The translations under genes and the position numbers were made by a program. This document shows positions 62,195 to 64,000 of a DNA stretch of 64,000 bases, one piece after another (position 1 is the first letter of the stretch; the number at the start of each line of letters is the position of its first letter). Location: the NCBI GenBank assembly GCA_963781885.1, contig CAWAHW010000001.1, positions 160,001 through 224,000 of the forward strand, given 5' to 3'. Below the pieces are notes generated by a model. It did no database searches. It had not been told where the DNA came from and saw only the letters and a list, made by a program, of their open reading frames with translations. This stretch comes from an uncultured Spirochaetota bacterium (GTDB taxonomy: Bacteria; Spirochaetota; Spirochaetia; SZUA-6; Fen-1364).

Positions 62195-62870
62195 CTAGAT
62201 GCGGCGTCGTGCCGCGTCAAATCGTTGGCGCAATTGTTCCAGCGTCAGTCCCGCCGTATCGGGGAGCAGCCAGTCGGCGCCGGGAAGCTCCCGACCGATG
62301 CCGACCGCGAACATGCCCGCTGCTTTGATGGCCTGCACGCCCACGGCTGCATCCTCGACGCCGACGCAGTTCTGGATCGGCACGTCGACGCCCGCGGCTG
62401 CCTCGAAGAATATCTCGGGGTCGGGCTTGCCTTTCAGGATCTTCCCGGCGTCCACCAGGTAATCGATGGACCCTTCGATGCCCAGGTGCCGGACGATGCC
62501 CGGCGCGCTCCTGCTCGCCGAGGCCACGGCGATCCTGATCCCGCCCGCCCTGAGCTCTGAAAGAAGCTCCGCGATGCCGGGCAGGATGTCGCCCGGGGTG
62601 AGCGTGGCAAGGAGCTCCTGGTAGTACCCGTTCTTGCGCGCCGCCAGTGCCTCGAGCTCCGCGCGCCTCTTCTCGACGCCGGCCGTGCGCAGGATGATCT
62701 GGAGGCTGTCCAGCCGGCCGACCCCGCGCAGGTTCTCGTTTACGGTTCTATCGAAGGGAATGCCCTCTTCCCGGCAGAGCCGATTCCAGGCCCGGAAATG
62801 CAGCTCCGCGGTGTCCGTGAGGACGCCGTCAAGATCGAAGATGACGCATTCCAGACCGGGGCGCGCAATC
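62195..62870 (-). CDS. pgmB: Beta-phosphoglucomutase domain (probably fused to the upstream GH65)
   Basis: IFDLDGVLTDTAELH, ASAS, GKPDPEIF, GVEDA. Confidence 0.88.
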
Positions 62871-64000
62871 GACGGACACGGAAGCCCCGGGCGCAAGTGA
62901 AAGCTCGCGGCCCCGATGCGCGATGGAGAGCTGCTGACCCTCAATGAGACGGTAGGTGGCCGCGTCGCGGGTGAAGACGGCTTCCAGGAGCCTTCCTTTC
63001 CAGCGCAGCCGGAAGCAGAGCCTTTCCCACGCGGCGGGAAGCAGGGGGGAAAAGCCCAGGCGGCCGTCAAAATCGCGCATGCCCGCGAAGCCCTGGACGA
63101 TGGAGATCCACGTGCCCGCCATGGCGGCGGTATGCACCCCGTCCTCCACGTTGCCGTTCAGGTCGTCCAGGTCCATGCGGGCCGTGCGGGAGAAATAGGC
63201 GTAGGCCGCCTCGGTGTAGCCGAGCTCCGCCGCCGCGACGCTCTGGATGCACGGTGAAAGCGAGGAATCGCCAGTCGTGAGCGGGTCGTAGAAATCGAAG
63301 TTGCGCTTCTTCTCCGCAAGGGAGAAACGGTCGCCCAGGAGCACCTGCGCGAGCACGACGTCGGGCTGTTTCAGCACCTGGCGTCTGTAGATCACCAGGG
63401 GATGATAGTGGAGAAGAAGCGGATAGTTTTCCGCCGGGGTGCCTTCAAAATCCCAGGGAACGCGGTCCAGGAAGGAGTCGTCCTGCACGTGGATGCCCAG
63501 CGCCGGATCGAATGGCATGCACATGCGTGACGCGGCGCGGCGCCATTCCGCCGGCTCGCCGTCCCCGAGATGGATGGCCGCCGCAATGCGTCGGAGGGTC
63601 TCGGGCTCCTCGGCGGCCAGCGTGTCGGCGACCCGCGCGGCATACGCGAGATTTTCCTGCGCCATGATATTCGTGTAAAAGTTGTTGTTCACGAGCGCCG
63701 AATATTCATCGGGGCCCGTCACCTCATTGATGCAGAACGCATCCCCCTTGCGGGGCACGTAGCTTCCCAGGTCCACCCAGAGGCGCGCCGTCTCGAAAAG
63801 AAGCTCGGCGCCGCGCTCCCGCAGCAGCTCGCGGTCGTCCGTTGCCGCGACGTAGACGCGAAGCGCGTGGGCGATGTCGGCGTTGATGTGATACTGGGCC
63901 GTGCCGGCAGGGTAGTACGGCGACGTTTCCTCGCCGCCGATGGTGCGCCAGGGAAAGAGCGCGCCCTTCTGGCTCATCTCCGCCGCGCGCGCACGAGCCT
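62829..64000 (-). CDS. Glycoside hydrolase family 65 (maltose/trehalose/kojibiose phosphorylase), 5'-truncated by the window
   Basis: FPWRTI, QYHINADI, VTGPDEY, KQPDV, DSSLS, DGVHTA. Confidence 0.92.
   Translation of the reverse strand, partial: ARARAAEMSQKGALFPWRTIGGEETSPYYPAGTAQYHINADIAHALRVYVAATDDRELLRERGAELLFETARLWVDLGSYVPRKGDAFCINEVTGPDEYSALVNNNFYTNIMAQENLAYAARVADTLAAEEPETLRRIAAAIHLGDGEPAEWRRAASRMCMPFDPALGIHVQDDSFLDRVPWDFEGTPAENYPLLLHYHPLVIYRRQVLKQPDVVLAQVLLGDRFSLAEKKRNFDFYDPLTTGDSSLSPCIQSVAAAELGYTEAAYAYFSRTARMDLDDLNGNVEDGVHTAAMAGTWISIVQGFAGMRDFDGRLGFSPLLPAAWERLCFRLRWKGRLLEAVFTRDAATYRLIEGQQLSIAHRGRELSLAPGASVSVDCAPRSGMRHLRS

Noticed and set aside
3050-62870. Programmed frameshifting or phase variation
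   Set aside because: The runs are short, the genes are unrelated, and they share no slippery motif. Sequencing error is simpler.
1-64000. tRNA, rRNA, CRISPR array, IS or prophage
   Set aside because: None was recognisable by eye and intergenic gaps are short. No covariance-model search could be run.

Overview
GC-rich bacterial chromosomal segment, probably from a free-living Spirochaetia-like organism (inferred from protein types, not proven), with about 48 densely packed genes. I found no rRNA, tRNA, CRISPR array or transposase. In order it holds: an ABC permease-ATPase, glycerate kinase, OsmC, PatB/MalY, two carbohydrate ABC systems with an amino-sugar cluster (AGE epimerase, MurQ/GKRP-like protein, NagA), a GntR/ADP-ribosylglycohydrolase fusion followed by an M24 peptidase and oppABCDF, ilvBN with a Leu/Val leader-peptide attenuator, envelope proteins, a LacI-PAS histidine kinase, two tandem class III adenylyl cyclases, a glutamate mutase/methylaspartate operon, an SNF2-SWIM pair and GH65/beta-phosphoglucomutase. 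About 11 single-base frameshifts, mostly in homopolymers, look like long-read errors. The strongest novelty candidate is the cyclase pair, whose copies have lost complementary catalytic residues, predicting an obligate C1/C2-like heterodimer. Next are the GntR-pseudo-ARH regulator with two matching operators, the accessory genes of the methylaspartate operon, and the ilvB attenuator.
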